From: Phoronis australis
Taxonomy: Eukaryota; Animalia; Phoronida
Length of the DNA: 64,000 nucleotides
Direction of reading: 5' to 3'
NCBI GenBank assembly: GCA_002633005.1
Contig: NMRA01000063.1
Span: 1 to 64,000, forward strand
Shown here: positions 1-12,297 of the stretch, one piece after another
How the letters are laid out: every line of letters begins with the position of its first letter
How positions within the stretch are numbered: the first letter of the stretch is position 1
Notes under the pieces: generated by a model
Database searches by the model: none
What the model was told of the DNA's origin: nothing
The model's input: the letters and a program-made list of their open reading frames with translations, nothing else
Translations under genes and position numbers: made by a program

Positions 1-90
1 AATGAAAATCTTCTCTAGTCAATCAATGTCAATGGTGCACAACCCTGCAGACTTCATACGAGCCACAAACTAGATGGAAAAGATTTCCAT

Positions 91-1242
91 GGTTCCATGT
101 CACTATGACGAAGGTTCAATACTCCGAAGGTCCAGTACTCAGAATGCCCATTACTCCGAAGGTTCGTTATCTTCTAAACATCACTACTTTGAATTTCCAC
201 TATTCCAAACCCAAAGCCGGGTCTCTAATCTTTGTACTCGAAACGAATTGGAAATTATTTTTGGCAATTTCTCTGCTCCTTTTGTGCGAACTCAAGATAA
301 GTGGTTATCAGATTGTGCTGGAATAATTATAGTTCATGCATATGAGTCTCTAGTCCAAGTTTGCACTTAAAAATCCATATATGCGTGCTACAAACTCGAG
401 TAAAAACTCGAAATTTCAAGTTTAAACTCAAACTTTTAGCTTTAATGTTGGTTTTGTCAACTGCAAAATATCGGACTAATCAATCATCCACGTAAGTCAT
501 TATGTATTCGAGCATTGAGTAATGGACACTTATCTTGAGTTCCCACAAAGGTAGATTAAAAAATGCCAAACATTATTTCGAGTTCTGAGTAAAAAGATTC
601 GAGACTGGGCCCAGAATTCCGACAGTTCAATATTTTGGTTGTGTGATCACGACTCATTCTCAAGCAGAGACAACATCTGGGGCACGGCCTCGGCGACCAA
701 CGGCGGTTTCAAATTTAAGAAGACTAAATGGGACTCCCCGACTTCATGAGGACTGGCAAGGACAGGGTGGCCTAGTAACTTCATTTAGTTTCGACCCGGC
801 CGTGTGCGTCGCGCTGCGATTCGATCGTGACATGAATTTGATGAATTGTGTCATGGCTGATGATTCATCAGTATTCCTACTTCATATCATTTTAAAATTC
901 AAGTGCGTACTCATTTTAAGACATGCGGGCAATTTCGCATGCGCATGAAATCTGGCTACCGTTTCTAGTTGTGCTGGCCAGCTGGAGACGGTAGTCACTG
1001 TCTACATAAAACCCAAAGTGTTTTAGTGCCCGGGCGTTGTTTTCGGTATAGGTGCATATAATAGCCGAAATATCGCTTATTTTAGCATGCAAAAATCAAG
1101 TTCAAAAATCACATCTGAGTCTGAAAGTGTAGATATGTTTGGAGCAATGAATCTTCGGAGTGGTGAATCGTTGAAGTAGTGAACCTTCGGAATAGTCAGT
1201 GAACCTTCCGAGTAGTAAACTTTCGAAATAGTGGGATGTCCC
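91..1242. mobile_element. Foldback/Mutator-like element with modular TIRs
   Basis: Tandem (C)ACTACTCCGAA-like modules at 91-210 are inverted at 1139-1242; flanks GATTTCCAT/CATTTCCAG suggest a decayed 9-bp TSD. Confidence 0.55.
215..612. mobile_element. Palindromic MITE (~400 bp) nested in the element above
   Basis: Imperfect arms longer than 130 bp, e.g. GAACTCAAGATAAGTG (288) vs CACTTATCTTGAGTTC (527), with a palindromic centre. Confidence 0.65.
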
Positions 1243-1819
1243 CATTTCCAGCTATGTAAGCAACTTAAGTAACACGCTAAAATACAACCAGAAATACAAT
1301 TTTCTTAAGTCATTCGCCAACTAGACTTCATATTTCCGTCTGAGTATGCAATGAGGTGTAATCACTCATTTAAGCATGGCTGATTTGAAACTTCGGCAGT
1401 GAGGAAATAACGTGAGAATGTTCTCTTTTTGGACCACATTACATCATAATTTGCGTCCCGTTCTTTGCGAGCAATCGTTGCAGCATCCTTGTATCTGGTA
1501 TTACAAATTCTGTCTCATCTCATGAACGTGAGTCGTCGTCATGTATACAGATTTCCTTTCCCTTAATTCAGCTGCGTCAAAGGCATCACCGAAAACTCTA
1601 CAGTGTCGACGTTTACAAAATACCAAGATCCACTGTTCTTGAAATTCGAACCACCATGCTGGCTACGGGCCTGAATAGGATATATGCATTTGAGGAGAGA
1701 TAGGGTCATCTAAAAAAGTCGCCCCTACATCGATCAAACCTCTGCACGCTACTGCCCCACCGCTAAAAATGTCTGTAAAGTATCTTTTGTTGCATGCAGA
1801 ATGTTGCTCGACATTATGC

Positions 1820-2665
1820 AAATGGTTTCAAGCGGTTACCTGGCGGGTGATCTAGCTCAACTCAGGTACTTGGGCGTGTCTGGCGGGAATAATCCACCAC
1901 TAGATTTGTCTGGCAGTATTTATTCTTAATTTCTGGGCTTACGGCGAATATTTTGTTTATGTGGTTACCTCTTGGGTTGATCTAGCTCAATTCATATATT
2001 TGGGTGTGTCTGGCGGGGCTAACCCACCACTAGATTTGTCTGGCAGTGTTCATTCGTGATACCTGGGCTTACGGTGAATATTTTGGAACTGGTTTTAGGC
2101 GGTTACCTCTTGGGTTGATCTAGCTCAATTTTTAACCCTTTTTGATAATCGTCTGGCAGGGGCACCCCACCACTGAAATTGTCTGGCATCTAACTGTTGC
2201 CAGTGCTATGTTCAGTGATGGTGAACATCGTGCAATTGGTTTCAAATGGTTACCTGATGGGTTGATCTAGCTCAATTCAGGTATTTGGGCGTGTCTGGCG
2301 GGGGTAACCCACCACTAGATTTGTCTGGCAGTGTTCATTCGTGATACCTGCATGGGCTTACGGTGAATATTTTGCGACTGGTTTCAAGCGGTTACCTCTT
2401 GGATTGATCTAGCTCAATTTTTGCATCTTTTATATGTTCGTCTGGCGGGTACTCCCCACCAATGAAATTGTCTGGCAGTGACCAATTTTGATACTATGGA
2501 TGACGTAGCAGGTATCGAAGGCAGTTTTAAGTGGTTACCAGAAAAGTTGATCTAGCTCAGTTTTTGAGTCAGTAATTCTCTTGGCTCCCCTGACCACACC
2601 CACCAGAGCGAACCTGCCAGACGGCCATTTCCAAGCATCTGGCTACCCACAGAGCACTGTGGCAT
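1820..2665. repeat. Degenerate tandem repeat, ~130-145-bp unit, ~6 copies
   Basis: Recurrent GGTTACC..GTTGATCTAGCTCAA..GTCTGGCGGG..CCCACCACTAGATTTGTCTGGCAG. Confidence 0.85.
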
Positions 2666-5600
2666 CAAACAAAATTGGTTACCTTTTCATGCCCAAAAAA
2701 GCTCTGGGATCCCGGTCTACATGATAAATTCAGTAAAATGGAGTATTCCTCAACATAGCGGCTAAGCCAGGATAAAAAATTAATATGTGAATCATAGACA
2801 TCGGTTAAAATGTCTATGGTGTGAATCTAATGACTGCACATGTCACAGCTTAGTGGCACGTGAAGGCTGTGGGGCACAAAACCCCAAAATGTTAACGTAG
2901 GAGTAGTTCATGAGATCGCAAAAATAACATTATAGTGATCTTGCTTTTTACACCCGAGCTTAAATTTAAATCGCATTCACAGTGCCAGGTGTGTAGCTGC
3001 ACGTGTGTGAAGTTAAGTTTGCACGACCTCTCATGGAGGCGTAGTTATACACCCAGACGTATTTGCGTTTATCATGCAAAAATTAAATACGAACTGTACG
3101 TAAATATACACTCGGATGTAGAATATACACTCGGGTGCAAACACCATCATATAATCAGGGCTTGTATGTTGCAGAATTGACGAGACATAATAAACCCCTA
3201 AAAGATCGGATGAGTACATTAGTAAAGCCGGACATGGTGTTTTAACGTTCGTAAGCTAGAGTACGGTTGATTTCGACAGGCAAGTTGTCCGACCAAGGCA
3301 GCCAAACCGGTTACTCGCAAAAGAGCCAAACGATTCTAAATGCTAATCTCGTAATCGTTTTGCACAAAATTATTGTCCTTCCTTTGAACCATGGGCACTG
3401 GAACCTGTTCCCATGCAGCAGGTGCGTGATAAAGTTACAGATACAAAATAATGAAGCAGCCAATTTAATTTCAGGTGCAGACAGAGAGTCACGTACGACA
3501 CTGGGCAGGATGAAAAAAGCCGCAAGTTAATGCAGAGTGCCGCCCTGCCCACGAAGTGGTAACCGAAGACCTATTTTCAAGCTATTTCATAGATAATGTC
3601 ACATCAGAAAGTGCCGGAGTAAAATTCATTCATGGACTACCAGAGATCAGTAGTTCAAATACTTGGTACATCACTCGAGCGCTCCATAGCACTCCATTCA
3701 ATGTTCTCTCACGAACTTTTTTTCACTTCGCGGCTGCAATAAAGTACCTTCAACCACAACACCTGTAATTTGGGGCTCCGCACTCTGTGCCACTGGTACC
3801 ATAAATTGTCAAATGTAACGAACTGTTGTACGTATTGGTTTGCTTTTGTGTACGTCACCACGAGAATCACCTTTTAATTTAAACAGCTACGAATAACAAC
3901 CGCACGTGATGGTGTCTTTTCTATTAGACCCTTGCTATCGGTCCTTAATTGTTGTTTGTGTTGGGATCTCGCGGTGACTTAATATGGCACAATACAGCTT
4001 CACCTATCATTTGATGGGCCTTGAGGCCTATTTGCGTGATTAAACTGGCGTTTCCTGATATTGCTAAGTCTTTACTAGGTTTACCTGGTTAGCCCAATAC
4101 ATCTTTAAAGACCGAACAAAGCCAGTGTTACTTATGACTGTCACTGAGACGATTGACTGTGGGTTTGTTTAAAAGGTAGCAATGCTTTGAGATTGTGCGT
4201 AGATGGAGAGTGAATAATCAAATCCAGTAATTAATTTATTATATGATAACCCCTAATCAGACAAATGAAACCTATTGTTAATTAAGTAATCAACTACAAA
4301 GAGTAACTACGCTAGCGCCCTCTTTAAAGATAACTTTAATCAAACAACCAAAACGATCAAATGTCAATCTGCTATCCAAGCTAAGACTCTCCACTTGTTG
4401 GATGTCTGTCCTGTTGGCGAATCTTCGAACTACACACACTGTATAGCGACAGTGTACTTGCTGGTCACCGTCTCTGGTGATGCAACACTTGCAGGCAATT
4501 TCTTCTACCCGCGAACCTTCTTGCTGGTCACAGTCTCTGGCTGATGAGGCAACACTTCAGGTAGTATCTTACTACCCACGATGCAAGTGACAAGCTCTTA
4601 GTTAACTTCCTGTTCGTTAACCCTTGCCCTTGCCAAGATCCTTTCTAGAATCTTCCACGAGATGGCTCTGTCGTACAATTGCTTCTGTACACCGTAGCCC
4701 GCAAGTCTTTATGCTTCAACTACTATAGCGCATCTAATTATCTTGTTGATTTCAGCCCATAATATAATATTCTACTTATTTAGTGATTGGCTAATAAAAA
4801 CCACATGATCATATCCACTCGATTATTGGCTGCTACAATTTGTTCTCAGAATATTCTAGAGTCTCTACGGTACTTTGACCCCAGAACCCAAAGTTGTAAA
4901 CACCATCTAAAAATAGATTTTGACGTTAAAATACATGTCTTTTGTTTGTCATCACTTGTATTTTGTTCGTCGTTTCAAATGGGCCCTCAGTGAGAACAGT
5001 AAATCTTACAGAACAGGTTACCCGCTACAAAGATTAAATAATCATAATAAAGTATCGCTCTGTTGACTGTATGCTGACTGCGTTCCCCGCCTCGGCTCAC
5101 GGAGGTGTGCCTTTTACCAATTCCCTCATTTGAGAATTTGGGCTTCAAGAAGTTATTTTTTCCACCTACAAAAATCTGCAGTTTTTCCAACTACGTTAAT
5201 CTTAAGCTACAGAGTAAATGTTTTTACTACTAGGCCTACCCATATTCTTAAACCTTGTCGTTCCATAAGTGGGAGTGCTAAAAACAAACGTCTGTTCTCG
5301 GTTGCATGAAACAGTCCCAAATACGGACTCAACTAAGTTCTCTAAATCTACTGCACATCTGTGGATTTGTGAAAACACCCACTGTCCTTCCTTACGCTGT
5401 TTTAGTTTCATTACAAAGTCACCTCTTTGTCTTCGATACAAATCGAGAGTGAACTCGACGTTGAATTCTCAATATTATCGAAAATAAATAAGGATCTTTC
5501 ATGCCGCTAATTTAGGGACTAAGTCCCTATTTATTTTCATTGAATTCATGACTCAATTTTTAATTATACTGTTAGAAAATATCAATTAGTTAAACAGGAG

Positions 5601-6945
5601 CTCATAATAAAGCTGAATTGACATAAAAAGTTTACATCTGTCAGTGAAGATACAAATAGGCAAAAAATTTGGGGAACTTAGTTGGGTCTCTATATAGGAC
5701 TGTTTCATGCGGCAACCCCGGCTGGCACTGGTCTCCAGCACAGATTTTGCTGTTCGGCGGGCAAACCCAGGGATGGAAGCCACGAGGAAGGGAAAACTTT
5801 CAGAAGACTTGACCCGGCCTACGCGTTCAAGATATCATTTTGACTTATGGTAGGAGAGATTTATGCCAGATTGCCCCAAATCACTGAGCTAATGCATTTT
5901 GTTGCCTTGGATCCAATGATAGAGATTTCCTTGAATTTCAGCCTTCATCTAATTCAATGAAGCATCATCAAAATTACCATTGAATAGTAAAAAACCCGTC
6001 TATGAATAAGTCCGGAGTCCTACCCGCACGGAAGAGAATATTGCCAGGCCGGTTTTATTTGGAAGACCTAATTCGACTTAAAGCCTTTTAACCACCTAAA
6101 CGGGGCGTAATGCATCGGTTAAAAGATCTCCGAGTATGACCCCATTCTAGATCCGATTCGGCAAAGCGCAGGTATTCTACTCGTTTAAAAAGACACTTAG
6201 ATGAGGATGGAAACGTGCGAGTCATCAACAACAAACAAGTTCGAAGTGAAAATTTACCTTTTCACCCCTCGAAACATACAGTTTGCGGTGTACTGCAGGC
6301 GCCGTATCAACACCACCCTCCCCGTTGTTCTCGTTTTTTGAAATTGTTCCACTTGCTGTTAATTGGGAACCCGACGAATGATGACAGCATCAATTGCTGC
6401 TCATTTCCAGTATTTGAAATTATATATATTTCATATTTAAGGGACCTTTTGATAACCTAAGTGGATATAATTTAAAAAGCCATAAAATATTGATACTTCT
6501 TCACCTAGGAGATATAATTTTTTGATGACGGGAAGAGTGTTCATGTCTAATCCGCTCAAGGTGCATGTAGGGGCAATTGCAAACAGACATTACCGCGATT
6601 TTGGATCGTAAGTCCCCCCCCCCACATCCCAAAAATGTAGTGGCCAGGGCCCCCAAAGGAAAACAGTAGTTGACAAATGTTTTCTATCTTGTACACCCTT
6701 CCTTTACACAGACCCCAACCCTACCTTCACATTAATGGCCACTGCTTCACCCTGATCCCTGCAAATTATTTGGGGGTATGTGCCCCCCTCAAGCATCCTA
6801 TGGCCCTCCCGCCATCACTAACAAGTAACAAACTATTGTCAATTAAATATTCAGTGAACAAGTGATTACTCTTGGTTTGACCCAACAAGTAAAGAACATC
6901 CATTGCTAGAAATTTAACAATTACCACAAATAATATAATAAGTAT

Positions 6946-8392
6946 TTATTACTCTGCGCGTGCAAGCGCAGAGTACTGTTGTTCCTGGGTTTTCTTCAAT
7001 TTTATTCTTATTCTTCTTATTACTCTGCGCGTGCAAGCGCAGAGTACTGTTGTTCCTGGGTTTTCTTCAATTTTATTCTTATTTTTCTTATTACTCTGCG
7101 CGTGCAAGTGCAGAGTACTGTTGTTCCTAGGTTTTCTTCAATTTTATTCTTATTCTTATTACTCTGCGCGCGTAAGCGCAGAGTACTGTTGTTCCTGGGT
7201 TTTCTTCAATTTTATTCTTATCTTCTTATTCTTCTTCCGACCAACTTTGAGGCTTAATAACTCCAAATTGGGTGCAGGTACGGTCTTTTAATTCAGCATA
7301 TGACTTTTGACAGTATATAAATTTTGATTGGTTATATAATCATATTCCATACTGCACCGGAAGAGGTCGTTTGGTGCAAAGGTCATATAATTTTCAAAAT
7401 GTTACTCCTCCTTCAGTTTTAAAGCTGTGTTTTTCAAATTCGATGCACAGGTATAAGTCAACATGACAATTTAAAAAATTACTTTTCTAAGTAATCGGGT
7501 CATCCAATCAGGTGAAATAGGTCAAACGTCATTAGGTGCAAACTAAAATTTTGAGCTAGACACTTCAAATTGACAGGTCTGATTGCCACAGGTAAATCAA
7601 ATCGGAATCCAAAGTTTCAGGTGCAAACATGGGGTCATTAGGTGCATATTTCTTCTGAGAATTTGACCTTTTCAATCAGCAAGTTTTCTGATGTGTCAAC
7701 CGTTAGACAACTGTGATTCTCAGCATTAAACACATTTTCCGTGGGCTTTGCAATAATTCTCCTAAAGATGCTTAAAATGCACCGGATAAGGTCAATTAGT
7801 GCAAAGGTCATGTAATGTTCAAAATGTTATATCTCTTACGTTTTTCAAGGAATTCTTTTCAATTTCAGCACACAGGTGTAAGTCAACATGCCAATTGAAT
7901 ACCCTACTTTACTTCCCAATAGGCCTAACCAAACAGAAAAAATAGGTCAAAAGTCATTGAGTGCAAACTAAAATTTTGAGCTAGAGACTTCAGAATTACG
8001 TACCTGTTTACTAAGTGCGATTGAGTTTGAATTCTACATGTTCAGGTCATTTGGTGCACCCATGGGGTCATTAGGTGCATTTTTCTTCTGAAAGCTTGAC
8101 CACTTCATTCATCTTGTATTCTTAAGTGCTTAAAGTAAAACATCTGTGATTATTAGCATGAACCACACTTTTAATCAAGTTAACAACTACTCCCTCATCG
8201 GGGCTCATAATGCACCGGAAGAGGTCAATTAGTGGAAAGGTCATCAAAAATTAATATGAAATTTCTCCTACAATTTTAAAGAATTCCTTTTCATATTGGT
8301 TAACGGGTTGCTGTCAGTAACTTCCCATAATAATTCCAGTAATACGCACGCGAGTCCATTATTGACACGTCGTGACAATAATCTTTCTAGTT
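6946..8392 (+). mobile_element. Helentron/DINE-1-like non-autonomous element, family A, with quadruplicated 5' end
   Basis: 5' palindrome TACTCTGCGC..GCGCAGAGTA, (TTC/TTA)n microsatellite, 3' subterminal repeat, hairpin ATTGACACG.CGTGACAAT, terminal CTAGTT; ~71-bp 5' unit repeated four times. Confidence 0.8.
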
Positions 8393-8628
8393 CTTCCTAT
8401 TCTTATTCTTCTTCCGACCAACTTTGAGGCTTAATAACTCCAAATAGGGTGCAGGTACAGTCTTTAAAATCAGCATATGACTTTTGACAGTACATGAATT
8501 TTGATTCGTGATATAATCATATTCCATAATGCACCAGAAGAGGTTGCTGTCAGTAACTTCCCGTACCAATTCCTTTAATACGCAGTCGCAGAGTCCATTG
8601 TCACGGCGTGACAATACTCTTTCTAGTT
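8391..8628 (+). mobile_element. Internally deleted tandem copy of family A
   Basis: Repeats 7225-7365, then jumps to the 3' end (CGCAGAGT, hairpin ATTGTCACGGCGTGACAAT, CTAGTT). Confidence 0.8.
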
Positions 8629-9498
8629 CCCACATGTTGCCTGTTGGACAGAGAGCAATGTCCTGAATTCTACATGAACTCCATTAAGCCTATTTGCTCC
8701 ATATTTCCCATTAGAAATCCACCTCCACCCTACCCTTGGAATAAATTGCTCATTACCAGTGGTGCACAGCCATGGAGATATATGCAGCAGAATTTGCTAG
8801 AGTTGGACTCACATATAGACATGGTTTTCCCTTTTAAAAAACCAAGAAAGACATAAAAATCTGTTTTTCCATCTTGTAAATGAGCTCATTTCCTTTTACC
8901 AATTCAAAGTAATAAATAACATGACAGTTTACCCAACACTTGCTGCACGCCATCTTCATCGATTCCTAAGTAACAACACCATAAAAAGACCAGTTACACC
9001 TCCAAAAAGAAAAATAACGACTTGAACATGTTTGCAGCATATTGAGTTGTCCTCACAACTTAATCAGTCTTGGTGTAACCAGTTTGATGTACTACATCTT
9101 TAATTTTTTTTAATTTAAACACAAAAATATAAAATGTGCCAATTCCATTTGAAACGTCTGATTAAAGTGCTAAAAACCACCTTTTACCTTGTTTTGACTA
9201 GTGACTACATTGTCAACATCATTGAACACTCCATTATAGCACTAAACATAATAAACATATTGTCAGATAGTGTTTATGGGTCTTCCAATTTGACAGCTGA
9301 TTGACTTGGTGGGGTTGTTTTTTGTGTTTTGATATGAAATTGGTGATTTTATGCTCTTTGAGAGAAGTAAGTCAGAATCCGCAAATTCTACCTGCTATCA
9401 GGGAAAACGTTTCTACGCATAATAAGTATGTTTGAATAACTAGCACAAAGTTGCATGGTTCAGTTGTTCAAGTTCATGAATTTATGGGTCTATGGGAA

Positions 9499-9593
9499 TT
9501 ACAAGCTTCGTTCACATGGTTTCTTGAACTTCATGTCAAGGTAATCAAATATGTCTTCCTCACTCGTCACAGGCAGGGGTTCCCCAGGAGTTC
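9499..9593 (-). CDS. POLB: POLB terminal coding exon: TPGEPLPVTSEEDIFDYLDMKFKKPCERSL*
   Basis: 95 nt, ttaCAG acceptor, TAA stop; matches GEPLPVDSEKDIFDY. Confidence 0.96.
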
Positions 9594-10295
9594 CTGTAAA
9601 ACAGAGAAAGGAAAACTTTGATATACAAAACTAAGGGACATTTTGAATGAAAGCTAACACTTAAAGTGGCATAAACATGTGCTTTCTGACACTAGTATAA
9701 AATTGGTTTTGTCATGTTCCTTTCTCAGTGAAGAAGTGACATCTGGGCTTGCAAAAGACTAATACAGGAGCAACACGAAGCATTGAAATACGCCGATGAA
9801 TGCACCACTAATGGTGTGCTTCTAGGGCTGTTTATTTGTGTCATAAAAATGGCCCCTAAATTGTACAAAATATGTCATATCCATACGAAAACTGGTATGT
9901 GTCATCAAACCTATTTACCAAAGTTCATAAAAATCTATAAAGGAACTTCTGAAATCGAGGAAAACGGAAAAAAATGAAATTGCTACTTGGAAGCTATGGT
10001 CACAAAACAAAACATAACTACCACTAGGAGGCACCACAGTAGATGAAATTGTCGAAAAATCATCAACAGTCCACTTCACACTTAGAATATATATGACATT
10101 TTTCACAATCATCCTTAAGTCCCAGACATCAACTTTTGGCCCGGAGCAACTGACACGGAACAAACTGACCCGTGTCAAGCGGCCGTTTACACACACAACT
10201 CACTAACCGTGGCAAGACGGAAATTGCAGGCTGGAGAGACTGGATCGCGCATGCGCAGGTTTACAACTGACGAGAGTTGCAGAGACAAAGAACCC

Positions 10296-10995
10296 TTATG
10301 AAGGTCATTGCACAAGCGCAGTAGAGATGATGTCAGAATATAGTCTGACAGTATTTTTAGTTGTACTGTTTTGTTTCGTTATTCTGTTTGATTGGCATGA
10401 CCCCTGAGTTAAGTACAGTGATGATGTAATTTGTTTACTACAAAATAGTGTGCAATTTTCTGGAAGACTCTAGCATGACAATGATTAATGCAGTCTGGAA
10501 TATTCTAGAGACTAGTATATGTTTGTAGAATGGTTGGGTACATTCAGGAAAGTTCTAGAATGTGCTTGAATTGATGAAAAGTTCCAGAACAATACATTAG
10601 GCTATAAATACACAAGCACGGGTTTGTGTTAGTCAGATCAAGTCAGTTCATCAGGAGATCAAGTCGGGAGATCAAGTCAGATCAAGTAAGTTGAAGAAAG
10701 TTAATCAGGAGAACTACAGTTGAGTTGCACTGGCGAATCAGCAGTTACAGCGATAGTCAATAGAGAGCCAGCTATAGAGACAGCAGGTTATTGAATAGAC
10801 GAGTGTAACAGTTACTGAACATGTCTCAGAAGTTCATCACAAGTCAAGGCTTCGCAGCACTGGCTGGAGCATAAACAGACATTGCGTCGGACGTTTTGTT
10901 TGAGTAGGCTTCTGAACGTACGGTAGGGATTAATAAACTCGAACCAGTCTTCAGTCCATCGTCGCACCGAAAGCTATTAGCACCGGTCTGTAACA
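10296..10995 (+). mobile_element. Probable solo LTR (Gypsy-like layout)
   Basis: HSE-like cluster, TATAAATA at 10603, AGTCAGATCA repeats, AATAAA at 10932, ends TGTAACA; 5' TG end and TSD not clean. Confidence 0.55.
10458..10610 (+). promoter_or_regulatory. Heat-shock-element cluster plus TATA box in the solo LTR
   Basis: TTCagGAAagTTCtaGAA (10543-10560), GAAtaTTCtaGAg (~10498), TTCtgGAA (10458), TTCcaGAA (10582), TATAAATA (10603). Confidence 0.55.
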
Positions 10996-11873
10996 TCCTG
11001 TGCCCACCCACACACGGTGAAAAACGTGACAGATGATCCTTTCTGCCTTGCTCCAGTTTGGTGTTTAGACTTATAATTGACACGGCGCAAGATGTTCGGG
11101 CACAAATTGCTCTACCTCACAAACGTGTGGTAAAAATTTGTCACCGGGGTGTCAATTTGCTCCGTGTCAGTCCGTTTACACACTGGAACAACTTGTTGTG
11201 TGTCAGCTGATCCATGTCAATTTTGTAAGTGTAAACGGCACTTTAGACGTGTCATCATTTAAATAGGAAGCAATTTATCAAATTTCATAAAAATCCATCA
11301 ACTACCTTCAGAGAAACAGAGGAAAGAAAACTGAAAAAAGGAAATTGTCACTAGACGGCACAGTGTTAGTCAGATCCGTCTGAAATCGTCGTTGTTCGTT
11401 TTCAACTTCATATAAATACACATACTCATTTAATAAAGATGCCGCAGAGGCTTTAGGAGATAAAGCCATTGGCATAAAAAAAAACTGCCACTAGGAAGTG
11501 GCAAAGTAGTTGAGGTGATCAGAAAATCATCGTCAACCCTCTTCTTCACATTATGCCAATTTCCACAATCATCTTTAGAGTGGTAGATGTCAAAAAACAG
11601 ACTCAAAAACAGTACGAAGAGAAATGCGGAGCGTCGAAATGCTTCAAATCCATCAAAAAACTGTAAAATATCAACGTTTCTTAACAGAACGCTATTTACC
11701 ACATTTCATGAAAATCCGTGAGCAAACTTTAACAAAACGGAAAAAACAAATTGCCACTAGGGGACAAAGCATTCATCGGACCAGTCTGAAAGAGGACCAT
11801 GCTGGATATTAGCCTTTGGATAAAGCATGTTTTACATTTATTGTATTTTTATCTTCTTTAAATAAAGTTTATC

Positions 11874-11913
11874 ATTATTATTGTTATTGTTATTATTATT
11901 ATTATTATTATTA
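11874..11913. repeat. (TAT)n microsatellite
   Basis: Seen directly in sequence. Confidence 0.9.
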
Positions 11914-12051
11914 TAAAGTTGCCGTCTTCCGTGGTCAATGTCACATAAATACACTTGCTAAATTTTATAAACATTCTGCAAAGGGCTTAGGAGATACAGC
12001 TAAGAGCGAAAAACTGCCACTACGAGGTGTCACTGTAATTGAAGCCGGAAA

Positions 12052-12297
12052 ATCATCATCAACCGTCCTCTTCACACTAACAATATAAGCCAATCATCAT
12101 CAACCGTCCTCTTCACACTAACAATATAAGCCAATCATCATCAACCGTCCTCTTCACACTAACAATATAAGCCTATCATCATCAACCGTCCTTTTCACAC
12201 TAACAATATAAGCCAATCATCATCAACCGTCCTCTTCACACTAACAATATAAGCCAATCATCATCAACCGTCCTCTTCACACTAACAATATAAGCCA
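12052..12297. repeat. 41-bp minisatellite x6 inside family B
   Basis: Near-perfect copies of ATCATCATCAACCGTCCTCTTCACACTAACAATATAAGCCA. Confidence 0.95.

Larger units (their letters stand above)
10120..11241. mobile_element. Harbinger-like MITE remnant hosting a solo LTR
   Basis: Right end GTGTAAACGGCAC, internal CCGTTTACACAC repeats (~10183, ~11172); left TIR unclear. Confidence 0.4.

Noticed and set aside
4987-5487. Integrase C-terminal remnant on the minus strand (NNFLKPKF)
   Set aside because: Resemblance too weak; no GP(F/Y) motif or DDE residues found.
9095-9120. POLB polyadenylation signal (ATTAAA on the minus strand)
   Set aside because: Plausible but indistinguishable from AT-rich background without transcript data.
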